A program made the position numbers and the translations under genes. A DNA stretch of 64,000 bases from NCBI GenBank assembly GCA_963836185.1, contig CAWIIQ010000001.1, positions 1,632,001 to 1,696,000 on the forward strand. Direction: 5' to 3'. The notes beneath the pieces were generated by a model. That model saw only the letters and a list, made by a program, of their open reading frames with translations, did no database searches and was not told where the DNA came from. Source of the stretch: Candidatus Krumholzibacteriia bacterium. GTDB taxonomy: Bacteria > Krumholzibacteriota > Krumholzibacteriia > Krumholzibacteriales > Krumholzibacteriaceae. Positions 1-11,295 of this stretch are shown here, piece after piece (the first letter of the stretch is position 1; every line of letters begins with the position of its first letter).

Positions 1-1
1 G

Positions 2-1474
2 ACTGTCGCTTCTCTTGCATCGTCCGCCATATCAGCCGGGGACGACAGGATGTCGAAGGACCTGATCGATCTGTTGAGGTCGAAAGGGCACTATGCGTGG
101 TTGGCCGATATCCTCGATGGAGATCTGCTCGCTTCTTCCGGCAGAAATACGAAGGCCCTGGCACGCTACAGGTCTGTCTTCCGTTCAGAGATCTACCCGA
201 TAGAGGGAAAGAAAAAAGCTCTTCAGCGACTCGCCGGCCTCCAGTACAGGATGAAGAAGTACTCTGATGCTTCATCGAGTTACAGGACGTACGGCCTCTA
301 CTATCCCGATGATCCTCTTGCCGAGATTTCGACCGACAGATCGGCGAGACTGGAAGCAGCTTCAGGACACTGGGACACAGCTGTAGAAACCTGGCGCAGG
401 ATCGCAGATGCCGGTCCGGTTACGCTGACGGGCCGCGAGGCAATCCTTGCCATGGCCGTGGTCCTCGAGAGGACCGGCAGAAAGGACGAGGCGTTCGATC
501 TCCTTGACGCCAATCTTGACGGCGCTGGGGGGAGGCTCCGTGCTGCCTACCTGTACTGGATGATCAGGACATGCGGGGACCAGGAGCTGCGCTCCGAACA
601 TTCATTGATCCTTTCAGGAGAATCCGCGAATTCTTTCTATGCAATAGCGATAGCGGAGGGGGCAGACTTCCTCGACGCGGATAGCGAGAGAGGCCCGGCC
701 CCGTCAATAGAAGCGCTGGAGACCGCCACGAGAAGATCTCCGTTTCCGGGCACAGGCGGACTGGCCGGGCACCCTTCACTCGGAGCGTTCAGATATTTCG
801 CCGGCGAAAAGATGAAGATAGATGCAGCGGCGTGTGCCAGGGCATATCTCGCATACCTTGAAAAAGCGGAGAGGAACGAGTCGATAGGGACCCTCTACAG
901 CGAGGCGCTGGAGGCGGGCCTGGAGGGCTTCTGCCTCGAGATCGCAGTCGGCCATCCCAGCCTTTTTACCGGGAGGGAGGATTACATCGAATACCTCTAT
1001 CCCTTTGCCTTCGGATCAGAGATCGACAGGTACTGCGAAGAAAGAGCGCTTCCACCCGAACTTGTGCTGGCAGTGATAAGAGAGGAGAGCAGGTTCGACG
1101 ACACGATCGAGTCACACGCGGGAGCCTGGGGCCTGATGCAGATAATGCCCTCAACAGGTGAATGGATCGGAGGAAAAGTCGGCAGGAAAGATATCGGCAT
1201 TTCCGATCTTCATGATCCCGGCTTCAACATCGAAGCGGGATGCTGGTACCTCCGTTTCCTCCTGGACCGGGCAGATGAATCGATCGTCGCCGCACTTGCC
1301 TCGTACAACGCCGGTCACGGACGGATGCGGTCGTGGAAAAAGAGATACCATCCCGACAAGGATCCACTGGCAGCCATAGAGATGATAGGCCCCTCAGAGA
1401 CAAGACAGTACGTGCGCCGCGTGCTCGACTCGATGACCGCCTACAGCCGGGAGCTCTCAAGCGGGAAAAGATGA
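2..1474 (+). CDS. Soluble lytic murein transglycosylase (TPR-like helical region + SLT domain), 5'-truncated by the window edge
   Basis: C-terminal SLT motifs IREESRF (catalytic Glu), GLMQIMP, SYNAG, ETRQYV; the frame is open back to base 2. Confidence 0.88.
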   Translation, partial: TVASLASSAISAGDDRMSKDLIDLLRSKGHYAWLADILDGDLLASSGRNTKALARYRSVFRSEIYPIEGKKKALQRLAGLQYRMKKYSDASSSYRTYGLYYPDDPLAEISTDRSARLEAASGHWDTAVETWRRIADAGPVTLTGREAILAMAVVLERTGRKDEAFDLLDANLDGAGGRLRAAYLYWMIRTCGDQELRSEHSLILSGESANSFYAIAIAEGADFLDADSERGPAPSIEALETATRRSPFPGTGGLAGHPSLGAFRYFAGEKMKIDAAACARAYLAYLEKAERNESIGTLYSEALEAGLEGFCLEIAVGHPSLFTGREDYIEYLYPFAFGSEIDRYCEERALPPELVLAVIREESRFDDTIESHAGAWGLMQIMPSTGEWIGGKVGRKDIGISDLHDPGFNIEAGCWYLRFLLDRADESIVAALASYNAGHGRMRSWKKRYHPDKDPLAAIEMIGPSETRQYVRRVLDSMTAYSRELSSGKR

Positions 1475-1670
1475 GGATTCTGCGCAACCCTTGCAGAATG
1501 CACGCGTTATAGCCTCATGTGACAATATTCCGATCGATCCGGCATTAATCTTTTCAACGGATCCAGGCAATGATACTCCCCGCCATGAGCTGATCGATAC
1601 ATGCTTCTGTAATACCTTGAATACATTACTGATACAAGCTTATCGCTGCACTGTCTCATAATGTCTCATT

Positions 1671-1686
1671 TGGCCTGCGAATTGCT
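1671..1686 (+). promoter_or_regulatory. Candidate sigma54 -24/-12 promoter for the TPR-DnaJ operon
   Basis: TGGC-ctgcgaa-TTGCT with correct GG-N10-GC spacing, 65 nt upstream of ATG 1752; preceded by a tandem TGTCTCAT repeat (1652-1659, 1662-1669). Confidence 0.6.
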
Positions 1687-1751
1687 ATTCCTTCCGCGAG
1701 GGGTGTCCTGAAGACACAATAAACGCCGAAAGGTAAGGAAGGTCGTATAAT

Positions 1752-2693
1752 ATGTTCGTCGAAAGGTTCCTCAGGTTTATCCCGAAAAAGAATCTCAAGA
1801 AGGCGATCGAGTTCTTCAATAAGGGGGACTACAGGAAGGCCTGCAAGGAATTTGAAGTCTATATCGACCATTCCGGTGACCTGGAATCGGGCAAAGACCA
1901 GGAACTCATCCGTATGTATATGGTCGAATCGTACCTCGAATACTCAAAGAAGCTGGAAAACGACGGCGAGACAACGCTGGCCATCGAGCAGCTGGAAAAA
2001 GCTATAGAGCTTCAGCCGAAATACGCAGACGTACATTACGGCCTGGCAAAGCTCTACGAAAAGAGCGGCCAGAGGGTCAATTCGCGGGAAAGCCTCAAGA
2101 GGGCCCTGTCGATCAACCCCAACTATTTCAAGGCTCGCGTAATGCTGGCCAGAAGCTACTGGCTCGACGGCAAATACGACCGCGGCTCCGAAGAACTGGT
2201 ATCCAGCCTGGCGGCATCGCCAGCTTTCTTTATCGAGCAGGTCCAGGAACTTACAGGGATGATGAACAATGATCCCGGCAATGAAGATATCAAGGATCTC
2301 TTCAGAAGACTTCTAGAGGAGAGGCCCTCCTCTTCGCAGGTCAGCAAGCAGCTGGCTCTGGAATCGATACAGAACGGTGATTATGATTTTGCACTTGCCG
2401 AGTTGAAGAAAGCGCTCTCGCTGCATCCGAATTATCCGGATCTCCACAACATGCTGGGAATCGCTTACGCGAATTCAGGAATGACCGACGACGCCATCAT
2501 GGAATTCGAGACAGCACTCAAGGTCAACCCGGACTACCTGAAAGCGAGGCTCAACCTCGCTCTCTCGCTCTATGAAAAGGGAGCCCGGGAAGAGTCCAGA
2601 AAGAACCTCGATATGGTACTCAGGCTCGACCCGGAAAATGAACTGGCGAAAAATCTCATGAATGAACTTTCACCGGTTGGGAGCGAGAGGTAA
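1752..2693 (+). CDS. Tetratricopeptide repeat protein
   Basis: Repeated TPR patterns (AIELQPKYADVHYGLA, ALSINPNYFKARVMLA, ALKVNPDYLKARLNLA); AAGGAAGG SD. Confidence 0.85.
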   Translation: MFVERFLRFIPKKNLKKAIEFFNKGDYRKACKEFEVYIDHSGDLESGKDQELIRMYMVESYLEYSKKLENDGETTLAIEQLEKAIELQPKYADVHYGLAKLYEKSGQRVNSRESLKRALSINPNYFKARVMLARSYWLDGKYDRGSEELVSSLAASPAFFIEQVQELTGMMNNDPGNEDIKDLFRRLLEERPSSSQVSKQLALESIQNGDYDFALAELKKALSLHPNYPDLHNMLGIAYANSGMTDDAIMEFETALKVNPDYLKARLNLALSLYEKGAREESRKNLDMVLRLDPENELAKNLMNELSPVGSER

Positions 2694-3392
2694 ATGGCCG
2701 TGAATAACACAAAAAGCGAATATTATTCCATACTGGAAGTCTGGCCCAAGTCTACCGCAGAGGAAATAAAGAAGAACTATTTCCGTCTCGCGAAGCTCTA
2801 CCATCCGGACGTCGCCGGTGACAAACCAGAGAACAGGGAGCGCTTCAAGCTGATAAATGAGGCTTTCAGCGTCCTCAGCGACCCGGAAAAACGAAGGGAA
2901 TATGACGAATTCACACGAGCCAAGGGTGCCACGAGGGAAGGGAAGGAGATGCGGGAGCAGGACGGCAGGAGTGCGTCAATGGCTTTCAGGCAGGCCCGCG
3001 ACTCGATGAGGGCGGGAAGGTACGACAAGGCTATAATGCTGCTGAGAACGGCAATACGTTTCGATGACTCGGATCCGGCGTATCACAGCTGGTACGGTTT
3101 CTGCCTCGCGATGACAAACTCTGATCTCCACGAGGCGAGGGATGCCTGCAGAAAAGCGATCGAGATCGAGTTCTACAGCGCTGATTTCCACGCGAATCTG
3201 GGATTCGTATACTTCAAGGCCGGTCTGAAGAATCAGTCTGTAAAGCATTTCAACGAGGCTTTGAAGTGGGATTCCGAACATAATCTGGCGAAAAAGGTCA
3301 TGGCTCAGCTTGACGGGGGAAATACCGTCTACGGCGGAGCGGGCCCGATCGACAAGATGATAGCGGGATTCAAGAAGATATTTGCCGGTTGA
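2694..3392 (+). CDS. J-domain (DnaJ-like) co-chaperone with C-terminal TPRs
   Basis: YYSILEV...IKKNYFRLAKLYHPD...FKLINEAFSVLSDPEKRREYD with intact HPD, followed by TPR helices. Confidence 0.88.
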   Translation: MAVNNTKSEYYSILEVWPKSTAEEIKKNYFRLAKLYHPDVAGDKPENRERFKLINEAFSVLSDPEKRREYDEFTRAKGATREGKEMREQDGRSASMAFRQARDSMRAGRYDKAIMLLRTAIRFDDSDPAYHSWYGFCLAMTNSDLHEARDACRKAIEIEFYSADFHANLGFVYFKAGLKNQSVKHFNEALKWDSEHNLAKKVMAQLDGGNTVYGGAGPIDKMIAGFKKIFAG

Positions 3393-3470
3393 TACAAAGC
3401 GAAATAAAAATCCGATTAATTGTTGATTTTTCAGGCGTCTCTGGCTAACCTCTCCCCCGAGGTGATTGCC

Positions 3471-5403
3471 ATGAGAAGGACCTGCTTTGTATGTTACGGC
3501 GCCGACGGCAAGAAAAACTCGCTCACCTATCATGAGATCTCACGAAAAATCGAGGGAGATGAATTCTTTCTCTTTCTTTCGCCGACCAGGCCGGAAGACG
3601 AAGCGCCGCTGAAAGAACTGTACAGGCGCATCGTTTCATCATCAAGACTGGGGCACCCGGCCAGGTTCTTCAAGGAACTGGCCGAATCGGTGGAGATGTC
3701 CGGTGAATACGGCCCGGACGATTCCTGGCTGGAGGAATCGATCGTCCTCCTTGTATGGAGAAAGAATGAAGAAGCCTTCATATTCAGAAACAAGAGGATA
3801 GAGCCTGTTCATTTCGACCCGGGAACAGGCAGGGAAGGTACCGATAGAGTCTCTCGAGAACAGGGTGGAGATCGGGCTTCAGAAGGACGGAAGTCAGGCC
3901 GACCTGTTCGACAAGAGATACGGGGATCATTTCATCCTTGAACAGTTTATTATGTCGACCGGTGGAAATACGCTCCTTTTCGCGCCCTCGAGGGATTTCG
4001 TGCGGAGAAACAGGGAAGCGCTGCTCGACAGCGTTCTCTTTCCTTCCTTCGATGTGCCTGCGAGCGGGGAGCTGGAGGTGGATACGGACAGGTCGCTGGC
4101 AGCCATGCACTGGGGAAAGGTCGAGGCTGCCGGTGAAGTTCCGGAACGGAAGAAACGGGGTGTGGAGATCATGAAAGCATCAGTACCGATGGCAGCAGGC
4201 GCAGTTGCGCTGATCATTGCGATCCTGCTTATATTCAAGCCTTTCGGAGGTAACAGTGACGAATCCGGAAACGGGGAGGATGTACTTCTTGCGCCTGCGG
4301 GAAACACGGATACCGGAGATATGGAGAATGGAGAAAACGAAGCGGCCGTGGAGGAAGTGACCGCCGCGGTCGACGCGGGCGAGCCTACGATACCCCCGAC
4401 CGGCAATACTAACCCGCCGGCTGCAAGAGTGGCCCTCTCGGAGGGGTGGAAGAAGAAATTCGGCGCTGCCGTGACATCTTCCCCCGTCATATGCGGGGAA
4501 AACGTCATGTTCGGGTGCAGGGACGGGAATCTCTACGCATTCTCTCTCGACGGCAGCATAAAATGGAAATACGCCGCCTCGACCGGAGTCGGCGCTACTC
4601 CCGCCTGCTCGGGCGGCCGTGTCGTCGGGGCCGATTACGAAGGGAACGTCTTCTGCCTGTCAGCGGCGGACGGCAAGATGATTTGGAATTATCGCAGCGG
4701 CACCAAGATCGTCAGCAGCCCGGTCATCAGGGACAAGACGGTCATAGTCTCCACGATGGACGGCAGGATCATCTCGCTCGACATGGAGACCGGCGACAGG
4801 AGATGGAGCCAGAAGATAGGCGATCAGGTCTGGGCGACGCCCGCTGTCGGCAGGGACTATATCGTGGCGGCCAGCACGGACGGCTCGCTGGTCAGGCTGA
4901 CTCTTGATGGAAAAGTAGTATGGAGGGTCGAACCGGGCGGAGAACTTCATTCGTCGCCGCTCGCAATAGAGCAGAAGGACCTCGTGATAGTCGGCACAGG
5001 TGACCGTTACCTCATCGGATATTCCCTTTCAGCCGGGATGCTCATGTGGAGGTACGGAGCCGGCAGCGAGGTAAGGAGCGCCCCCGTCACCTCCGGCGGC
5101 ACTATCGTAGCTGGAACGGAGGACGGACTGATCGTCGCCATCGATATGGACGGGCAGCTTTTATGGAAGAAGGACCTGGGGGGAGCTATCAGGTCAAAGC
5201 CCTTGATAATGGGTGAACTGATCGCCGTAACATCATACAATTCCAAACTATCCCTACTGTCGTTGTCAGACGGGTCGATAACCGCGGAGTACAGGGCCGA
5301 CGCGCCGATATATTCCTCTCCGGCCTATTACGACGGCAGGATCTTTTTCGGCTCGAACGGGGGATTCCTGCACGCTCCGGCGGTCTCGACCTCCGGAGGA
5401 TGA
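3471..5403 (+). CDS. Membrane-anchored PQQ/BamB-like beta-propeller protein; probable single gene split by a frameshift near 3840
   Basis: GAGGTG SD before ATG 3471; ORFs 3420-3941 and 3865-5403 join by removing one base; TM segment AAGAVALIIAILLIF; many 'SSPVI...G..DG.LYA....G...W' repeats. Confidence 0.75.
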
Positions 5404-5514
5404 TCCCGGGAGCTGGAACAAGGGCATCATTACGCCTCCGCCGCCTCGTCAAGGGTCTGCCTTGATTGACCGGAGGCGTTATATTATCTTGCTGTACGAC
5501 TGGAGGTCCTTTTC

Positions 5515-8500
5515 TTGTTCAAGGGATTGATACATAAGTTCGTCGGAGACAGGAAATCGAGGCTGATGAAGCGCCTCGCTCCCCGTATAGACGAGGTGAA
5601 AGAGCTGGCCGAAAGCTTTTCGGGGCTTTCAGACGATGATTTCCCCGTCAAGACCGCGGAGTTCATCGAGAGGCTTCGCGGCGGCGAGACAGTAGACGAT
5701 ATAATGCCCGAAGCCTTCGGGCTGGTATTCGAGGCCTGCAGGAGGCATGTGGGTCGTTCGTGGAACGTGGTCGGCCACGAGATCACCTGGGAGATGGTAC
5801 CGTTCGACGTGCAGATAGCCGGCGCGATAGCCCTGCATGAAGGTTCGATCTCAGAGATGGCCACGGGAGAGGGCAAGACCCTCGTGGCTGTCATGCCTCT
5901 CTACCTCAACGCCCTCGACAAGAGGGGCGCCCACCTGATCACAGTCAACGATTATCTCGCCAGGCGAGACGCAGAGTGGATGGGGAAGATCTACGAATTT
6001 CTCGGGCTGACCGTGGGATTCCTCCAGAACGAGATGGGGCCTGAGGAACGAAAACGGGTGTATGAGAGCGACATCACTTACGGGACGAACAACGAGTTCG
6101 GATTCGATTACCTCAGGGACAACATGAAGCTCAACAGCGAGTACCAGGTCCAGAGGATCCATCATTTTGCCATCGTCGATGAGGTCGATTCGGTCCTTGT
6201 GGACGAGGCCAGAACACCTCTTATCATATCGGGGCCTGTACAGGGCTCCTCAAGAGATGAAAACTTCTCATTTCTCCGAACCCGTATCGAGGGACTTGTC
6301 CGCAAGCAGAAGAGGATGATAAACGACCTGATGAGCGAGGTCGAGAGATCTGCCTCTGCAGACCTCGATGAGGAATCCGGAGAGGATGATCATGACCTCG
6401 GCGTAAAGCTTCTTCTCGCCCAGCGGGGCGACCCGAAGAACAAAAAGTTCACGAAGATCCGCAAGATGCCCGGGTATGAAAGGATGATGCTCAGCGCCGA
6501 AGCCGGGTTCATGAGGGACAAGACGATGCACGAGCTGGACGAGGAACTGTTCTTCGTCGTCGACGAGAAAGGGAATACGGTCGACCTTACAGAGAAGGGG
6601 CGGAACAATCTGTCCAAGGAAGACAGGGAGCTTTTCGTACTGCCCGATCTCAGCATCCAGGTCGAAGAGATAGATTCGGATGAGAGCCTCGAGCCGGCCG
6701 ACAAGATAAGAAAGAAGGATGCCGCTTACAGGCGATACGCTGAGAAAAGCGAGGTCATCCACAATTTCTCCCAGTTGATGAAGGCCTATTCTCTTTTCGA
6801 GAAGGACGTCGATTACGTCGTCCAGGATGGAAAGGTGATGATCGTCGATGAGTTTACCGGCCGCCTGATGCCGGGAAGACGCTTCAGCGACGGCCTTCAC
6901 CAGGCCCTCGAGGCGAAGGAGAATGTACGTATCGAAGGCGAGACGCAGACCTTCGCCACGATCACGCTTCAGAACTACTTCAGGATGTACGACAAACTCG
7001 CCGGTATGACAGGTACCGCCGAGACAGAGGAAGAAGAGTTCCACAAGATCTACTGATCTCGTGGTAAATGTCATCCCTACAAACAGGCCGGTCCGGCGTA
7101 TCGACTACGACGACATAATCTTCCGTACCAAACGTGAGAAATATGCCGCGATCATACAGGAGACAAAGAGGCTTCACGAGGCGGGCCTTCCCGTACTCGT
7201 CGGTACGGTCACCGTCGATGTGTCCGAGACGCTCAGCCGGATGCTGAAACGCGAAGGTATCCCTCACAACGTGCTCAACGCCAAACAACACCAGAGCGAG
7301 GCGGAGATCGTGGCAGCTGCAGGGAAGAAGGGAGCCGTCACGATAGCCACCAACATGGCGGGCAGGGGCACGGATATCAAGCTGGACAAGGGGATAGTCC
7401 AGTGCGAAAGATGCTGCATACTGTGCGAGACACCCGATGGTTGCGCCGAATGCCCCAATGAGGAGAAGAAGACGGACTGCGTAGAGGACGTCCCGTGCGG
7501 ACTCCAGATAATCGGGACCGAGAGGCACGAGAGCAGGAGGATAGACAGGCAGCTTCGCGGAAGATCGGGCAGGCAGGGAGATCCCGGGGCTTCGAGATTC
7601 TTCATCTCGCTCGAGGACGACCTGATGCGGCTCTTCGGATCCGAAAGGATCTCCGGAGTGATGGACAGGCTGGGAGCCGAGGAAGGCGAGGTGATAACTC
7701 ACCCCTTCATAACCAGAGCGATCGAAAAATCCCAGAAGAAGGTAGAGCTGTATAACTTCGGGATCAGGAAGAGACTGCTCGAATATGACGACGTCATGAA
7801 CAAGCAGCGCGAGGTGATCTACGGCAGGCGTAACAGCATCCTCGACACCGACGACCTGGACGGCATGGTCCACGGCCTTATAGATAATGTCATCGACCAG
7901 GTGACATTCGGATATATGCCGGAAGACTCGCTTCCTGAGCAGTGGGATATAGGAGGCGCTGCCGGCGAGCTCGAAACGATATTCCTTTTCAAGTTCGATA
8001 CGGCCGGCCTGTCAGAAAAAGACCGTAAGGAAGAGCAGGCGATAATCAGCCATTTTCGTTCCGAGGCCAGGAAAGCCTTCGAGATCAGAAAATCGATGAT
8101 CCCCGGGGATATAATGCTCCAGCTCGAGAAGATGATCATGCTGCAGAGCATCGATGAGAAATGGATGGACCACCTCAGGGAACTCGACAGCCTCCGCGAA
8201 GGGATCCATTTCAGGTCCTACGCTCAGAAGGACCCGCTCGTCGAGTATAAACAGGAAGCTTTCCAGATGTTCTCCGACATGGTGGATGATATAGACAGGA
8301 CCGTCCTCTGGGGCCTCTTCCACGCAAGGGTCGATTCCCCGGAAAAGGCCGAGCGGAAGCAGCCACGCCGTGAAGTGGCCATGCACCGGACTGTCGACGC
8401 CTATGCGGCCGCGCCTCAGAGTCAGCCGGATGCATCTCCCCGGGCTTCAGCCCCCGGAGGGGGCATCCGATCGGGGCCCAGAGCCGCCGCAGCGCCGCTG

Positions 8501-8590
8501 CAGCGTGAAGAGCCCAAGGTCGGAAGAAACGACCCGTGTCCCTGCGGAAGCGGTAAAAAATATAAAAAGTGTTGCGGCCAGGGTGCCTGA
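5515..8590 (+). CDS. secA: Preprotein translocase ATPase SecA (frameshift near 7054)
   Basis: [40 protein letters not shown] and C-terminal [13 protein letters not shown]; removing one T at ~7054 restores [12 protein letters not shown]. Confidence 0.96.
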
Positions 8591-8639
8591 GAGACATTAT
8601 ACATGCTTTCCGACATGAGATAGAGAAAGGACTGCACCT

Positions 8640-9086
8640 GTGACCGGCGGAAACAACGATGAGCGCATCAGGGAGATCATCTCCTGGATAATAGACAATG
8701 AGCCGGACGATCTCTACGATCCCGGGATACTCTATACCCGTCTCGAGGCTATGGGGTACTCGCAGGAGGAGATAGGAAAGGCTATGCTTCTGCTCGACGC
8801 CGATTCGATACGAGGAGGCATACTTGCGGATGACGGATTCACCGGTGGCACACGAATCCTGTCTGCCATTGAAAGAAGCATGCTCAGCCTGGAAGCGCAG
8901 GGCTGGCTCCTCTGGCTGCGCAGCGCCGGCTGGATATCGGAGACTCACCTGAGCCTGATCATAGAGAGCGCCGGACTGGAATACGGGTCTCCCGCCTCGC
9001 TCGAGGAAGTAATGGAGATCGCTTTCCGCTATGTGCCTTCGATACCGGACGGATCGGACGATTACGGATACGGGGAAATCAACTGA
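8640..9086 (+). CDS. Smg / DUF494 family protein
   Basis: ERIREIISWII...LEAMGYSQEEIGKAM...RILSAIER pattern; usual position just upstream of topA. Confidence 0.7.
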   Translation: MTGGNNDERIREIISWIIDNEPDDLYDPGILYTRLEAMGYSQEEIGKAMLLLDADSIRGGILADDGFTGGTRILSAIERSMLSLEAQGWLLWLRSAGWISETHLSLIIESAGLEYGSPASLEEVMEIAFRYVPSIPDGSDDYGYGEIN

Positions 9087-9098
9087 GGAAGCATTACA

Positions 9099-11295
9099 TT
9101 GGATAAGGTACTTGTCATAGTCGAGTCGCCCGCCAAAGCGAGGACGATCAAAAAGTATCTCGGCAAGGGATACGACGTAAAAGCTTCCGTAGGACATATT
9201 CGTGACCTGCCGAAACGCGAGCTCGGCATCGATGTGGAGAAGAATTTCACTCCGAAGTATGTAAGTATGCGCGCGAAGAGCAAGGTGCTTAAGGAGCTCA
9301 GGGCGAAGGCCTCTGCTAGCTCGAATATCCTTCTCGCGACCGATATGGACCGTGAGGGCGAGGCGATAGCCTGGCATCTCGAGGAACTGCTCAAGAAGAC
9401 CAAGACTCCGATACAGAGGATCATATTCAACGAGATAACGAAAAACGCCATCAGGGAAGCTGTAGATAATCCCAGGGATATAGACCTGGACAAGGTGAAC
9501 GCGCAGCAGGCACGAAGGATCCTCGACCGACTGGTCGGGTATCTCGTCAGTCCGGTCCTCTGGAAGATATTCTACCGGGGTCTCTCGGCTGGACGGGTGC
9601 AGACAGTCGGCCTTCGCCTGATATGCGAGCGTGAAAACGAGATCAGGGCCTTTGTCCCCGTCGAGTACTGGACGATAGAAAGTATCCTCTGCTGTGGAGA
9701 AGACAGGGAATTCGAGGCGAAGCTGCTCAAGATCGAAGGCGAGAAGCCGGAGATCGGATCGGAATCCGAGGCTCAGAGGATCGTCGGGGAGATAAAAGCC
9801 TCTGAGATAATGATCAACGCTGTCAGGGAAAAGAAGAAGAAACGAAACCCCCAGCCGCCCTTTATCACAAGCACTCTTCAGAGAGAAGCGGCTGGCAGGC
9901 TTGGCTTTACCGCAAAGAAGACGATGGCTGTCGCCCAGCAGCTGTACGAGGGTATCGTTCTCGGCGAAGAGGGTTCCGTAGGGCTGATCAGTTACATGAG
10001 GACGGATTCTACACGAGTCAGCAAGGAAGCCTACGCCCAGGGAAAGACATGGATCGAAGAGAACCTCGGAAAGGACCATGTCGGCGGAGGGCGCAGTTAC
10101 GCCAAGGGCAAGAAGGCTCAGGACGCGCACGAGGCGGTCAGGCCGACTGACTCCTATAAAAAGCCGGACGATCTCGCGGCTTTCCTGACGAAGGACCAGA
10201 TGGCCCTCTATACGCTTATATGGAGGAGGTTCCTCGCCTCTCTGGCTTCACCCGCGGTCTACGACGTGCTCGAGGTAGATATAGCGGCGGGAGAGAAGTA
10301 TCTCCTTCGGGCCGGTGGAAGAAGGCTTGTGCATCCCGGATTCCTCGCGCTCTATCCGGACAAGCAGGCGGAGGATGATAAATGGATGCCCGATGTCGAA
10401 GAGGGCGAGATGGTCGAGATCAGGAATATTGACGCGTCCCAGCATTTCACCGAGCCGCCGCCGAGATTCAGCGAAGCTTCGCTTATCAAGGAACTGGAGG
10501 ACAAGGGAATCGGGCGCCCGAGCACATATGCCAGTATCATCAGTATCATACAGGACCGCGGATACGTGGAGAAAGAGGGTAAGGCTCTTCATCCGACCGA
10601 ACTGGGCGAGAAGGTATGGGAATCTCTGTCTCAGCTGTTCAACGATATCTTCGAGGTCGATTTTACAGCGCGCATGGAAACCGAGCTCGACAAGGTCGAA
10701 GGAGCTGAAGGAAGAATGGCAGGACGTCGTCAGATTCTTCTACGAACCTCTCAATGCCGATCTCGAGAAATTCGCTGGTCGTGGTGATGAACTGAAGAGT
10801 CTTGTCCAGGAGGAAACGGACGAGGACTGCCCTAAATGCGGCAAAAAACTCATCAAGAAATGGAGCAGGAACGGCCCGTTCCTCGCTTGCCCGGGATTCC
10901 CCGAGTGCCGTCATTCGAAATCACTCGAGGAGGAGGAAGCGCTCGAGAAGAAATGCCCCGAATGCGGCGGGGACCTTCGATACAAATCGGGAAGATTCGG
11001 AAGATTCATCGCCTGCGATAACTATCCTGACTGCAAGTACACGGAGGCGGTCTCTCTGGGGATCTCATGTCCGGAGGAAGACTGCGACGGCAATATATCT
11101 GAGAGAAAGACCCGCAGAGGAAAGGTCTTCTACGGCTGCACGAAGTATCCAAAGTGCAAGTTCGCAAGCTGGGACAAGCCAGTAGAGAAAGAGTGTCCTT
11201 CCTGCGGCCATTCGTGGATGGTCGAGAAGAGCACGAAGGCGAAAGGAAGCTTTCTTCGCTGTCCCTCATGCAAGCACGAGGTCGAACCCGAATGA
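9099..11295 (+). CDS. topA: DNA topoisomerase I with C-terminal zinc ribbons (frameshift near 10701)
   Basis: IVESPAKA, DMDREGE, SAGRVQ, ISYMRTDS, GIGRPSTY; the second frame carries CPKCG/CPECG zinc ribbons. Confidence 0.95.

Noticed and set aside
7040-7070. Programmed frameshift or naturally split secA (likewise topA, der, gpsA, trmFO)
   Set aside because: No slippery heptamer or stimulatory structure seen; one-base repair restores the consensus; the same pattern recurs across unrelated genes.
8211-10130. 639-aa minus-strand ORF
   Set aside because: Antisense shadow of secA/smg/topA with no recognisable motifs; such shadows are common in GC-rich coding DNA.
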